A model generated the notes under the pieces. It had not been told where the DNA came from. It saw nothing but the letters and a program-made list of their open reading frames with translations, and made no database searches. Made by a program: the position numbers and the translations under genes. This document shows, piece by piece, positions 52,712-62,395 of a stretch of 64,000 nt of DNA. Numbering within the stretch: position 1 is the stretch's first letter; every line of letters begins with the position of its first letter. Origin of the DNA: Candidatus Omnitrophota bacterium (GTDB lineage Bacteria > Omnitrophota > Gorgyraeia > Gygaellales > Profunditerraquicolaceae); assembly GCA_028712255.1 (NCBI GenBank), contig JAQTQJ010000001.1, positions 12,366 to 76,365 on the forward strand, given 5' to 3'.

Positions 52712-53641
52712 ATGATTAATCTAAAGAAGGTTAAAACATATTCGGTCAAGAACCGCCTAAGCAAGGTGAATAAGGCGGATTTTGCGCTTAAGCCTGCCAA
52801 AGGTAAGAGCTTTAGTGATTTCCTGGGCTCTTTGCCTAATATCTTAAAAGCAAAAGATTTATGCGCGGTTTCAACTGATATTGTGGCTGCCCGTAAGAAG
52901 AATAAAGGGGTAATCTTTATGGCCGGAGCCCATGTGATTAAGTGCGGGCTTAATCCGGTATTAATTGAGCTGATCAAGAAAAAAGTAATTACCTGTATAT
53001 GTTTAAATGGTGCAGGGATTATCCATGATTTTGAGATTGCTTTTCAGGGGAAGACCTCTGAAGATGTCGCTGAAAATCTTAAAACCGGAAGGTTTGGTAT
53101 GGGTAAGGAGACTGCGGACTTTTTAAACTGCGCAGCCTCGGAAGGGGTAAAGAAAGGTTTTGGGTTAGGATATGCCGTGGCTAATGCGATTGCCACAACA
53201 GATTTAACCAATAGAGATTTAAGCCTGCTTTATAATGCGTATAAATATAAGGTACCGGTTTGTGTTTTTGTCGGGATCGGTACAGACATAATTCATCAGC
53301 ACCCTTCATTTGACGCTGCTTCTACAGCTACTGGTTCTTTGCGTGATTTCCATATTCTCGTAAATAATATTGCTTCTCTAAATAAAGGGGGAGTAGTTTT
53401 GAATTTCGGTTCGGCTGTTATGCTACCTGAAGTATTTTTAAAAGCATTGAATCTTACCCGTAATCTGGGGAATAAGGTTAAAGATTTTACCACGGCAAAT
53501 TTCGACATGATCCATCATTACCGTCCGTCTCAAAATGTAGTTTCCCGGCCGACTTTATCAGGCGGTCGAGGCTATTACATTATCGGCCACCATGAAATAA
53601 TGTTGCCCATGTTAGCCCAAAGTGTAATTGAGAAGATATGA
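52712..53641 (+). CDS. deoxyhypusine synthase-like (DS family) protein
   Basis: GAHVIKCGLNPVLIELIKKKVITCICLNGAGIIHDFE resembles the DHS core GAMVSAGLRE...VDVLVTTAGGVEED; assignment by pattern only. Confidence 0.4.
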   Translation: MINLKKVKTYSVKNRLSKVNKADFALKPAKGKSFSDFLGSLPNILKAKDLCAVSTDIVAARKKNKGVIFMAGAHVIKCGLNPVLIELIKKKVITCICLNGAGIIHDFEIAFQGKTSEDVAENLKTGRFGMGKETADFLNCAASEGVKKGFGLGYAVANAIATTDLTNRDLSLLYNAYKYKVPVCVFVGIGTDIIHQHPSFDAASTATGSLRDFHILVNNIASLNKGGVVLNFGSAVMLPEVFLKALNLTRNLGNKVKDFTTANFDMIHHYRPSQNVVSRPTLSGGRGYYIIGHHEIMLPMLAQSVIEKI

Positions 53642-54651
53642 AAAATCTAAAGAATATAATCCGTAGATTCAATAAAGCAAAAATTTTGGTAGTTGGTGAC
53701 CTGATTCTTGATGAATATATTTGGGGTAGCGTTGATAGGATTTCTCCTGAAGCGCCTGTTCCGGTTGTTTGGGCAAATAAGCGTACCTTTGTGCCGGGTG
53801 GGACCGCCAATGTGGCTAATAATATTAGTTCATTCGGAGCAAGAGTTTCCTTACTTGGAGTTACGGGTGATGATGCCAACGCTAAAATTTTACTTAATGA
53901 GTTAAAAAAAAGAAAAATTAGCTCCCAAGGGATTTTTGTTGAGAATAACAGGCACACAACTGTGAAAACCCGGATCTTGGCTGGCCATCAGCAGGTGGTT
54001 AGGGTTGATTGGGAGCATACGCATGCTCTTGCTGAAGAATTAAATGCAAAAATTTTAAAATATATTGAGAAAAATATCAAGTCTTTCGATGCAATTATTA
54101 TTGAAGATTATGGTAAAGGCGTAATTAACGTGGCGCTGCTTAAGGAACTCATTTCTCTGGCCAAGATCAATAAAAAGATTATTACCGTAGATCCTAAAGA
54201 AGAAAACTTTCGGTATTATCATGGAGTTACTGCGATTACTCCTAATCGTAAGGAACTGGAGAATGCCATTAGGAATCTTAAGATACAAGACACGGCTAAC
54301 CGCTTTAGAATAAATACCGATAAATTATTCACGGATAAGGATGTGGATATAGCGGCACGGGAGATCTTGGAATATTTAAATTTGGATTCTATTCTTATTA
54401 CTTTAGGCGAACAGGGTATGAAATTGCTAGAAAAAGATGGCTATCTTACGCATATACCGACGCAAGCCCAGGAAGTTTTTGATGTATCGGGGGCAGGGGA
54501 TACGGTAATTAGTATTTTTACGCTAGCCCTTTGTGCCGGTGCTTCAAAATTAGAGGCAGCGCATATAGCGAATTTTTCCGCAGGTATTGTAGTTGGTAAA
54601 CTGGGAACAGCAGTTACAAATCAGGCAGAACTTTTAGAAAGAATAAAATAA
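53638..54651 (+). CDS. hldE: D-glycero-beta-D-manno-heptose-7-phosphate kinase (HldE domain I / RfaE1, PfkB family)
   Basis: KILVVGDLILDEYIWGSVDRISPEAPVPVV and GAGDT motifs. Confidence 0.8.
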   Translation: MKNLKNIIRRFNKAKILVVGDLILDEYIWGSVDRISPEAPVPVVWANKRTFVPGGTANVANNISSFGARVSLLGVTGDDANAKILLNELKKRKISSQGIFVENNRHTTVKTRILAGHQQVVRVDWEHTHALAEELNAKILKYIEKNIKSFDAIIIEDYGKGVINVALLKELISLAKINKKIITVDPKEENFRYYHGVTAITPNRKELENAIRNLKIQDTANRFRINTDKLFTDKDVDIAAREILEYLNLDSILITLGEQGMKLLEKDGYLTHIPTQAQEVFDVSGAGDTVISIFTLALCAGASKLEAAHIANFSAGIVVGKLGTAVTNQAELLERIK

Positions 54652-54652
54652 A

Positions 54653-55393
54653 ATGGATGTAATCGGAGTTATACCAGCTAGGTATTCATCTACAAGATTT
54701 GCGGCTAAAATGCTTGCTGATATCATGGGTAAACCAATGTTGCAGCATGTTTGGGAGCGTGCTAAACAATCACGCATGCTGGATGATTTGATTATTGCCT
54801 GTGATAATGAGATTATCCTCAAGGCTGCTAAAAAATTCGGAGCAAAAGCTGTAATGACCTCCAAGCAGCATACCTGCGGTACAGATAGAATTAGCGAGAT
54901 TGTCAATCCTCTGGAGGTAAAGGTCATTATTAATATTCAGGGAGATGAGCCTTTGATTCACCCGATGATGATTGATAGTGTTGCCAGGGCATTATTAGAA
55001 GACAGGATTCTCAACATGGCAACACTGATGAAAAAGATCGAAGATGTTCGGCAAATTACCGATCCTAATGTGGTAAAGGTAGTGGTAGATAAAAATAGTT
55101 TTGCTCTGTATTTTTCCCGCGCACCAATTCCATTTTTAGCTGCGAATGCTGAAATCGAGCAAGTGAATTATTATAAACATATAGGTCTTTATGGGTATAC
55201 CAAAGATTTCCTTTTTACTTATAAGAATCTTCCTGCCTCTAACCTTGAGAAAACGGAGAAATTAGAACAGCTGCGTGTTTTGTCAGCCGGGTTTAAGATT
55301 AAAGTAATTGAGACTCCATATGACACTATCGGAGTGGATACTCCTGAAGACTTAGAAAGAGTAAAAGAGCGATTGCAAAAGGGGATAAGCTAA
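54653..55393 (+). CDS. kdsB: 3-deoxy-manno-octulosonate cytidylyltransferase
   Basis: VIGVIPARYSSTRF...GKPM start and IQGDEP motif. Confidence 0.9.
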   Translation: MDVIGVIPARYSSTRFAAKMLADIMGKPMLQHVWERAKQSRMLDDLIIACDNEIILKAAKKFGAKAVMTSKQHTCGTDRISEIVNPLEVKVIINIQGDEPLIHPMMIDSVARALLEDRILNMATLMKKIEDVRQITDPNVVKVVVDKNSFALYFSRAPIPFLAANAEIEQVNYYKHIGLYGYTKDFLFTYKNLPASNLEKTEKLEQLRVLSAGFKIKVIETPYDTIGVDTPEDLERVKERLQKGIS

Positions 55394-56205
55394 TGCATCA
55401 AGTTAATGTAAAAAATATAAAATTTGGGGATAAATTTCCACTTGTGCTTATTGCCGGCCCTTGTGTAATCGAATCGGAGAGTTCTGCTCTTTGCGCCGCC
55501 AGGAAAATTAAGGATATCGCGCAAGGCCAAGGTATACCATTTATATTTAAATCCAGTTTTGATAAAGCTAATCGGCTTTCTATTAGTTCTTATCGTGGTC
55601 CGGGTTTAAAAAAAGGCCTGTTGATTTTGAAAAAAGTAAAAGATCAGCTTAAGGTTCCTATTCTCAGTGATGTGCATTGTGTAAAAGATATGGCTCTAGC
55701 AGCTGAAGTATTGGATATTATTCAAATTCCGGCATTTTTGTGTCGTCAGACGGATATTGTGTTGGCAGCTGCGGCTACTGGTAAGGTGGTGAATATTAAA
55801 AAGGGACAGTTTCTTGCTCCTTGGGATATCTTGCCAATAATTGAGAAGGTCGAATCAACGGGCAATAAACAAATTTTGATTACGGAAAGAGGGGCTAGTT
55901 TTGGGTACAATAACCTGGTTACTGATTTACGTAGTTTAAAAATTATGCGTGATTTTGGGTACCCTGTAATTTATGATGCTACGCATAGTGTGCAACTTCC
56001 CGGAGGTAAAGGCACTTGTTCCGGAGGCCAAAGCGAGTTTGTTGCAGGGTTATCCCGAGCGGCAGTAGCCTTTGGTTGCGATGGTTTATTTTTAGAGGTA
56101 CACAGTGACCCAAAAAATGCGCCTTGCGATGGGGCCAACATGATTAATTTTAAGGAGTTGGAAGATCTTTTAAAACAGATAAAAAAGATTAGGCAGGCCT
56201 TATGA
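55393..56205 (+). CDS. kdsA: 2-dehydro-3-deoxyphosphooctonate aldolase (Kdo-8-P synthase)
   Basis: LIAGPCVIES, KSSFDKANR, DATHSVQ motifs. Confidence 0.9.
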   Translation: MHQVNVKNIKFGDKFPLVLIAGPCVIESESSALCAARKIKDIAQGQGIPFIFKSSFDKANRLSISSYRGPGLKKGLLILKKVKDQLKVPILSDVHCVKDMALAAEVLDIIQIPAFLCRQTDIVLAAAATGKVVNIKKGQFLAPWDILPIIEKVESTGNKQILITERGASFGYNNLVTDLRSLKIMRDFGYPVIYDATHSVQLPGGKGTCSGGQSEFVAGLSRAAVAFGCDGLFLEVHSDPKNAPCDGANMINFKELEDLLKQIKKIRQAL

Positions 56206-57170
56206 AGATGAATTTAATTAAACGGGCAAGAGAAGTTTTGGAGATTGAGGCGCAGGCAATAAAGTCACTCCAGGGCCGCCTGGATAAAGATTTTATTAAA
56301 GCCATAGAATTAATTCTTAAATGTAAGGGTAGGGTTGTTGTCAGTGGAATGGGGAAGACCGGAATAATCGCACAAAAATTTTCGGCTACTTTAGCTTCTA
56401 CTGGGACCCCAAGTTTATTTTTACATACCGCAGAGGCAATTCATGGAGATTTGGGTAAAGTTACTGGAGATGATGTCGTAATTATTCTTTCTAATAGCGG
56501 TTCGACTGAGGAAATGAAACAGCTTTTGCCTATACTTAAAAAAATAGGCTCTCCGATAATTTCTCTTACCGGTAATCCAAAATCAATTCTTGCCAGATAC
56601 AGTGATGTAATTTTGGATGTTTCGGTTAGAAAGGAAGCCTGTCCATTAGGCCTGGCTCCTACTGCTTCAACTACCGCAAGCCTTGCTATGGCTGATGCTT
56701 TAGCGGTATGTTTATTGGAGAAAAAGAGTTTTAAAGAAAAGGATTTTGCATTTTTTCATCCCGGAGGAGCTTTAGGCAGGCGGCTGTTTTTAACCGTAGA
56801 AGATATTATGCGCCGGGGGCAAGCAAATGCAATTGTCCAGGAGGATAAAAAAGTTTCACAGGTCTTATTTGCTATAACACGTGCCCGCGCCGGTTCGGCG
56901 ATTGTTGTCGATAAGCATGGAAAGCTAAAAGGGATTTTTACCGATGGAGACTTAAGACGGCACTTAGAGAGCGATCAGAATTTACCGAATCGCCAGATCC
57001 GGGATGTAATGACTAAAAATCCTACGGTAGTAAAAAAAGATATGTTGGCTGCCGAGGCAATGCGTATATTGCAGGCTAAGAAAATTGATGAAGTTCCGGT
57101 AGTGGATAAGTTTATGCGGCCGCTTGGATTATTGGATGTGCAAGATTTACTTAAAGCAGGATTAGTTTAG
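56202..57170 (+). CDS. kdsD: arabinose-5-phosphate isomerase (SIS + tandem CBS)
   Basis: GRVVVSGMGKTGI SIS motif and C-terminal CBS pair. Confidence 0.85.
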   Translation: MKMNLIKRAREVLEIEAQAIKSLQGRLDKDFIKAIELILKCKGRVVVSGMGKTGIIAQKFSATLASTGTPSLFLHTAEAIHGDLGKVTGDDVVIILSNSGSTEEMKQLLPILKKIGSPIISLTGNPKSILARYSDVILDVSVRKEACPLGLAPTASTTASLAMADALAVCLLEKKSFKEKDFAFFHPGGALGRRLFLTVEDIMRRGQANAIVQEDKKVSQVLFAITRARAGSAIVVDKHGKLKGIFTDGDLRRHLESDQNLPNRQIRDVMTKNPTVVKKDMLAAEAMRILQAKKIDEVPVVDKFMRPLGLLDVQDLLKAGLV

Positions 57171-57710
57171 ATGGCTCAGCTTAGCGAAGAAGAATTAAAA
57201 GCGTATTTTAAAAGAATTAAGTTATTATTACTGGATGTAGACGGAGTTTTAACTGACGGCAGGATAATTTATGATTCCCGCGGCCGTGATTCCAAGTTTT
57301 TTGATGTGCATGATGGTTTAGGTGTTTTTGTATTGCATAAATGCGGGATTAAGACTATTCTTATTACAGCAAAAAGCTCCAAAAGTATCTTGCCGCGGGC
57401 AAAAGATATGCATGTCGCGGAAGTTTTTGCCGATATTTTTCCCAAGACAGCTGTAATAGAAAAAATTTTAAAGAAATACAATGTAACTTTAGATGAAATT
57501 TGTTTTATGGGGGATGATCTGGTAGATTTGTCGCTTATGCGTAAGGTTGGTTTGCCTGTTGCAGTTGCCAATGCTTCTGGCGAAATAAAAGAGGCAGCTC
57601 TTTATGTGAGTAATCGTTTGGGCGGCCGCGGTGCAGTTAGGGAAGTGGCAGAATTGATTCTTAAATCACAAGGTAAATGGAGAGATATTTTAGGATTTTA
57701 TGGGGCTTAA
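57171..57710 (+). CDS. kdsC: Kdo-8-phosphate phosphatase (HAD superfamily)
   Basis: LLLLDVDGVLTDGRIIYD HAD motif I, GDDLVD motif. Confidence 0.8.
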   Translation: MAQLSEEELKAYFKRIKLLLLDVDGVLTDGRIIYDSRGRDSKFFDVHDGLGVFVLHKCGIKTILITAKSSKSILPRAKDMHVAEVFADIFPKTAVIEKILKKYNVTLDEICFMGDDLVDLSLMRKVGLPVAVANASGEIKEAALYVSNRLGGRGAVREVAELILKSQGKWRDILGFYGA

Positions 57711-58614
57711 AAGGATAGTTTTAGTTTTTATATTTTTATTTCTTGTTTGTACTAGCCTCATAGCAGAAGAAGCTGAAGAAACAAATACCGTTACTTCGCC
57801 TAAACCTACCAATGGATCTCCTCAGCAGATTGGAGATTTTACACTTTCTGGTTCTGGTGACAAAGGGAAGAAAGCTTGGGATTTAGCAGGAAAATCAGCC
57901 GATATTTATAATGATGTAGTTAAGCTTAAAGAGGTAGTCGGTAATCATTATGGGGAAAATAATGATAACATAAATTTGACTGCCGATAAGGGGGATTTTA
58001 ACAAGGGTAGCGGAGTAGTGCATCTGGAAAAGAATGTGGTAATTACTACATCTGGCGGAGCAAAGCTCACTACGGATTCTCTTGATTGGGATCGTAAGCA
58101 GCAGATGCTTAAAACCCTGGATAAAGTTAATCTGGCGCGTTCGGATATGAATCTTTCCGGAGAAGGAGCGCTGGGCCAAACCGCTTTAAAGCAGGTTATG
58201 CTGGAAAAAAATGTACGTTTGGATATTCAGCCTTTGGATAAACAAACCAACAAGAAAGAAAAAATTGTAATCACCTGTGATGGTCCTCTGGATATCAATT
58301 ATGATAAAAACATTGCCGTATTCAATAATAATGTTAAAGTGGTAAAATCGGATTTAACAATTTTTAGCGATAAGCTGAAAGTTTATTTTACCCCTAAACA
58401 GGATGACGGTAAAAAGGATCAGAGCTCGATTGCAATGTCTAGCTCTATTAACAAGATTCTTGCTTTAGGGAATGTGCGTATTTTGCGCGGTGAAAATATT
58501 TCTTATAGCCAAGAGGCAATTTATACTGCGCTAGATAAAAAGATAACGCTAACCGGAAGGCCACAGATAATTATCTATCAAACGGAGGGTATGAGTGCGG
58601 CTTTTGGAAACTAA
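57700..58614 (+). CDS. LptA/LptC (OstA-like) periplasmic LPS transport protein
   Basis: signal/TM start, beta-jellyroll-like repeats; position between kdsC and lptB as in the E. coli yrbG-lptB locus. Confidence 0.5.
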   Translation: MGLKRIVLVFIFLFLVCTSLIAEEAEETNTVTSPKPTNGSPQQIGDFTLSGSGDKGKKAWDLAGKSADIYNDVVKLKEVVGNHYGENNDNINLTADKGDFNKGSGVVHLEKNVVITTSGGAKLTTDSLDWDRKQQMLKTLDKVNLARSDMNLSGEGALGQTALKQVMLEKNVRLDIQPLDKQTNKKEKIVITCDGPLDINYDKNIAVFNNNVKVVKSDLTIFSDKLKVYFTPKQDDGKKDQSSIAMSSSINKILALGNVRILRGENISYSQEAIYTALDKKITLTGRPQIIIYQTEGMSAAFGN

Positions 58615-59317
58615 AGGATTAGCCAAATCCTATGATGGTAGAGCAGTTGTAAAGGGGGTTGATATAACGGTCAAGCGTGGGGAGATCGTTGGCCTCTTGG
58701 GCCCAAATGGAGCCGGCAAGACTACGACTTTTTATATGATTGTAGGGATAGTCCCTCCAAATCGCGGCACGATTGTTTTCGATAATCATGATATTACTAA
58801 CCTGCCAATTCATGAGCGGGCGCGTTTTGGCATTGGGTATCTTTCTCAGGAGGCTTCAATCTTTCGTAAACTTTCAGTCCAAGATAATATAAACGCGATA
58901 CTAGAAACTTTGCCTTTAACTAAAGCGCAGAGGAAACGTAGGTTGGTTTCTCTCTTAGAGGAATTAAATATTGCGCATTTAGCAAAAAATAAGGCATATA
59001 CCTTAAGTGGCGGAGAAAGAAGGCGCCTTGAAATTACCAGAGCGCTGGTAACTAATCCTTCTTTTATACTTTTGGATGAGCCATTTTCCGGAATTGATCC
59101 GATAGTGGTTAATGAAGCACAGGAAATTATCAAAGAATTAAAAGCAAAAGGTTTGGGGATTTTATTAACTGATCATAATGTACGTGAAACTTTAGCCATA
59201 ACGGACCGGGCATATTTGATCTCAGACGGCTCAATTCTTATAACAGGCACGGCGCATGAACTGATTAATCATCCTCAGGCGCGCCAGGTTTATTTAGGTG
59301 AGAAGTTTCATATGTGA
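58595..59317 (+). CDS. lptB: LPS export ABC transporter ATP-binding protein LptB
   Basis: GLLGPNGAGKTT Walker A, LSGGERRRLEI signature, 240 aa. Confidence 0.85.
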   Translation: MRLLETKGLAKSYDGRAVVKGVDITVKRGEIVGLLGPNGAGKTTTFYMIVGIVPPNRGTIVFDNHDITNLPIHERARFGIGYLSQEASIFRKLSVQDNINAILETLPLTKAQRKRRLVSLLEELNIAHLAKNKAYTLSGGERRRLEITRALVTNPSFILLDEPFSGIDPIVVNEAQEIIKELKAKGLGILLTDHNVRETLAITDRAYLISDGSILITGTAHELINHPQARQVYLGEKFHM

Positions 59318-59491
59318 TTTCGCCTGCATTTTGGCGAGGCGAAATCATCCTCGAACGTTTTAATCGGGGATCCATTATGATTCTGAGTAGTGTAATAGAT
59401 TCCCGCTGGAGTTTACCCTCGAATGGTTTAATCGAGGGCGGAATGACAAATTATGTGTTTGATGTAAAAATTGATACAAAAGGGAGAACAA

Positions 59492-60367
59492 ATGAAAATT
59501 GAAGTTAAGAAACTAGATGATGTAAAATGCCAGATTAATGTAGAAGTAAATGGGGAGCAGGTAAAGAATAAATTTGAGGAAGTATTTTCTCAGATTGCAA
59601 AAGAAGCAAAGGTGCCGGGTTTTCGCCCGGGGAAAGCGCCAAGAGATGTTTTAGAGAAACATTATGGGACGGTTGTACATGAGCAGGTTTTGAAAGAAAT
59701 GGTTCCGGATGTCTATAATCAGGCAATTTCTGCCGAGAATATTGATGTAATTGAGCTCCCACAGATAACTGATGTGAAACTTGATCGCAGCAGCCTTTCT
59801 TTTAAGGCGGTTGTGGAGGTAACTCCAGAAATTACGATTAAAAATTATAGGAACCAGAAGATAAACTTTAAAACAATTACGGTTTCAAGCGAGGAAATAA
59901 AAAGGCAGATTGATTCTGTTAAAGAGTCGCGCAAAGCAGAAGTTTTGGATGATAAATTTAGCCGTTCTTTAGGTTATCCTAATTTAGCGGAATTAGAGAA
60001 GGCAGTGGAGAGGCAGATTTATATTAATAAAGAAAATCAGGAGCGTACGCGTATCGAAAATGAATTAATTGATAATTTGATGAAGGGTTTGGAATTTAAG
60101 TTACCGCAAGGATTAGTTGCGCGTCAGACTCAGGATATGCTGCGGCAATCAAAGATTGATTTAGCGATGAAAGGGGTACCGCGAGATAAAATTGACGAAC
60201 AGGATAAATTACTATTGGAAGGTATTGAGCCTGAGGCAAAGAAGCAGGTTAAGGTGTATTTAGTTTTATCCCAGATTGCAAAAAAAGAGAATATTCCTGT
60301 AGATGACCATATGCCTGCTAAAGTTATGGAGTTTTTATTAAGAGAAGCCGATTGGGTGTTAGCTTAA
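59492..60367 (+). CDS. tig: trigger factor (short form, about 292 aa)
   Basis: MKIEVKKLDDVKCQINVEV...GFRPGKAPR ribosome-binding N-domain signature; start moved to ATG after GGGAGA RBS. Confidence 0.65.
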   Translation: MKIEVKKLDDVKCQINVEVNGEQVKNKFEEVFSQIAKEAKVPGFRPGKAPRDVLEKHYGTVVHEQVLKEMVPDVYNQAISAENIDVIELPQITDVKLDRSSLSFKAVVEVTPEITIKNYRNQKINFKTITVSSEEIKRQIDSVKESRKAEVLDDKFSRSLGYPNLAELEKAVERQIYINKENQERTRIENELIDNLMKGLEFKLPQGLVARQTQDMLRQSKIDLAMKGVPRDKIDEQDKLLLEGIEPEAKKQVKVYLVLSQIAKKENIPVDDHMPAKVMEFLLREADWVLA

Positions 60368-60410
60368 AATGAGATCAAACAATAAATCCGAAACACTAAA
60401 CTCAAATTAA

Positions 60411-60465
60411 AGATTAGCTGTAAGTTATAAGCTTTAAGCTTATAACTTAAGACTTATGGCTTATT
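60411..60465. repeat. CTTA heptad-periodic repeat (AGCTTAT AACTTAA GACTTAT GGCTTAT) upstream of clpP
   Basis: 27/32 identical to block at 29940-29972 upstream of aroC. Confidence 0.6.
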
Positions 60466-60497
60466 TGGGGTTTAGAGTTTTCAAAGGAGGAGAAAAG

Positions 60498-61124
60498 ATG
60501 AGTATAAAAAATCAAATTTTAGTACCTATGGTAATTGAACAGACCCCGCGGGGTTTTGAACGTGCTTATGATATTTACTCGCGTCTTTTAAAAGACCGTA
60601 TTCTATTTATTGGCACTCCCATTGATGATTATGTAGCAAATCTGGTGATTGCCCAGCTACTTTTTTTGCAGATGGAAGATAAGGATAAGGATATAAATGT
60701 TTATATTAATTCTCCTGGAGGTTCAGTTACTGCCGGCCTTGCAATTTACGATACAATACAATTTATAAAATGTGATGTAGCTACTTATTGTGTGGGCCAG
60801 GCAGCAAGTATGGGGGCGGTTTTATTGTGCGCAGGTACTAAAGGAAAACGTTTTGTACTTCCTAATTCCCGGGTAATGATACATCAGCCATGGGGAGGAG
60901 TTCAGGGAGCCGCCGCTGATATATCGATTCAGGCTAAAGAGATTTTAAAATTGCGTGATCGGATTAATGAAATTTTAGCCTTTCATACCGGCCAGTCTTT
61001 AGAAAAAATACAGAAGGATACAGATCGAGATTATTTTATGTCTTCCCAGGAATCAAAAGATTATGGTTTGGTTGATGAAGTAATCTTACCGGAACCAAGA
61101 AGGAAAGAGAGGAAAGAAAAATGA
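60498..61124 (+). CDS. clpP: ATP-dependent Clp protease proteolytic subunit
   Basis: [16 protein letters not shown], active-site region GQAASMGA and HQP; start placed at ATG after AAAGGAGGAG RBS. Confidence 0.9.
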   Translation: MSIKNQILVPMVIEQTPRGFERAYDIYSRLLKDRILFIGTPIDDYVANLVIAQLLFLQMEDKDKDINVYINSPGGSVTAGLAIYDTIQFIKCDVATYCVGQAASMGAVLLCAGTKGKRFVLPNSRVMIHQPWGGVQGAAADISIQAKEILKLRDRINEILAFHTGQSLEKIQKDTDRDYFMSSQESKDYGLVDEVILPEPRRKERKEK

Positions 61125-62257
61125 GAAAAGAATATTTATTAACACCAGGGCCTACTCCTTTACCACCGCAAATAAGCCTGGCAATGGCTCGGCCGATTAT
61201 TCATCATCGTACACCGCAATTTCAGGCAATTTTGAAAGAGGCAAGTACTGGATTAAAATGGGTATTTCAGACGGAAAATGATGTTTTTATTATATCTTCT
61301 TCAGGAACCGGGGCGATGGAGGCGGGGGTAATAAATTTACTTTCATGCGGTGATACCGCTTTGGTAGTACAAGGAGGAAAATTCGGAGAAAGATGGACTG
61401 AGATTGCTCGAGCCTATGGGATCAATGTTGAGGTTATTGATGTTGAATGGGGAAGAGCGGTTAGCCCGCAGGAGATTGGTAAAAGATTAAAATCCAATCC
61501 CCAGATAAAAGTGGTATTTACTACTCTTTGCGAAACTTCAACTGGAGTAGATAATGATATTGCTGCGATTGCTGCAGTAGTCAAAGACACTAGCGCCGTT
61601 TTAGTCGTAGATGCAATCAGCGGCTTAGGAGCTGTTGATATAAAAACAGATGCCTGGGGGGTTGATGTGGTGGTTGCCGGTTCGCAAAAAGGATTGATGC
61701 TTCCTCCGGGATTAGGTTTTATTTCAGTTAGCCCTAAGGCATGGAAATTGGTAGAGTTTTCAAAAAGCGGCCGTTATTATTTAGATCTAAGAAAGGCAAA
61801 GAAAGCTTATGATAAAAACGATACACCGTTTACATCATCAATTACTTTAATTGATGCTTTAAATGAAGCTTTAAAGATTATGCAGAATGATGGTTTAGAG
61901 TATATATTTAAGCGCCATAAAACTATGGCCGATGCAACGCGCGCCGCAATGAGGGCTATTGGCCTTGAATTATTTGCTCCGACTGCATCTAGCGATGCTG
62001 TTACGGCAGTAAAGGTGCCTGGTAGTATTGATGGTGAAAAGTTAGTTAAGACTATGCGTGATACTTATGGGGTTACAATTGCCGGCGGCCAGGATGAATT
62101 AAAGGGCAAGGTTTTCCGTATTGCGCATATGGGCTATATTGCTGAAAGCGATATCATTACCGGTTTGTCTTGTTTGGAAAAGGTGCTTACTCAGATGGGG
62201 TATAAATTTACTTTAGGTGCCGGAATAAGGGCAGCGCAAGAGGTATTTTTAAGATAG
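61121..62257 (+). CDS. class V aminotransferase (SerC-like phosphoserine / serine-glyoxylate aminotransferase type)
   Basis: LTPGPTPLP start, SGTGAMEA and SQKGL (lysine) motifs; sits directly upstream of serA. Confidence 0.7.
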   Translation: MRKEYLLTPGPTPLPPQISLAMARPIIHHRTPQFQAILKEASTGLKWVFQTENDVFIISSSGTGAMEAGVINLLSCGDTALVVQGGKFGERWTEIARAYGINVEVIDVEWGRAVSPQEIGKRLKSNPQIKVVFTTLCETSTGVDNDIAAIAAVVKDTSAVLVVDAISGLGAVDIKTDAWGVDVVVAGSQKGLMLPPGLGFISVSPKAWKLVEFSKSGRYYLDLRKAKKAYDKNDTPFTSSITLIDALNEALKIMQNDGLEYIFKRHKTMADATRAAMRAIGLELFAPTASSDAVTAVKVPGSIDGEKLVKTMRDTYGVTIAGGQDELKGKVFRIAHMGYIAESDIITGLSCLEKVLTQMGYKFTLGAGIRAAQEVFLR

Positions 62258-62276
62258 AGATAGGTAATTTCCCGCC

Positions 62277-62338
62277 TCATAAAATATGCCAAAATTCTCT
62301 TCGATAATTTTGGCATATTCGGCGGGATTAATTCGCGC
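62277..62338. other. long imperfect hairpin TCCCGCCtcatAAAATATGCCAAAATT-ctcttcgat-AATTTTGGCATATTCGGCGGGA in serA leader
   Basis: seen in sequence. Confidence 0.5.
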
Positions 62339-62395
62339 ATTAATTTACTCACACTATCGTGTTCGTAAGTTAAGCGCTCATTAAGGAGTAAAAAA

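Noticed and set aside
52474-52715. Two overlapping small + strand ORFs (69 and 70 aa) in the GC-rich palindromic element
   Set aside because: Arg/Pro-rich low-complexity products generated by the GC-rich structured element, which is better explained as an RNA or MITE than as protein-coding.
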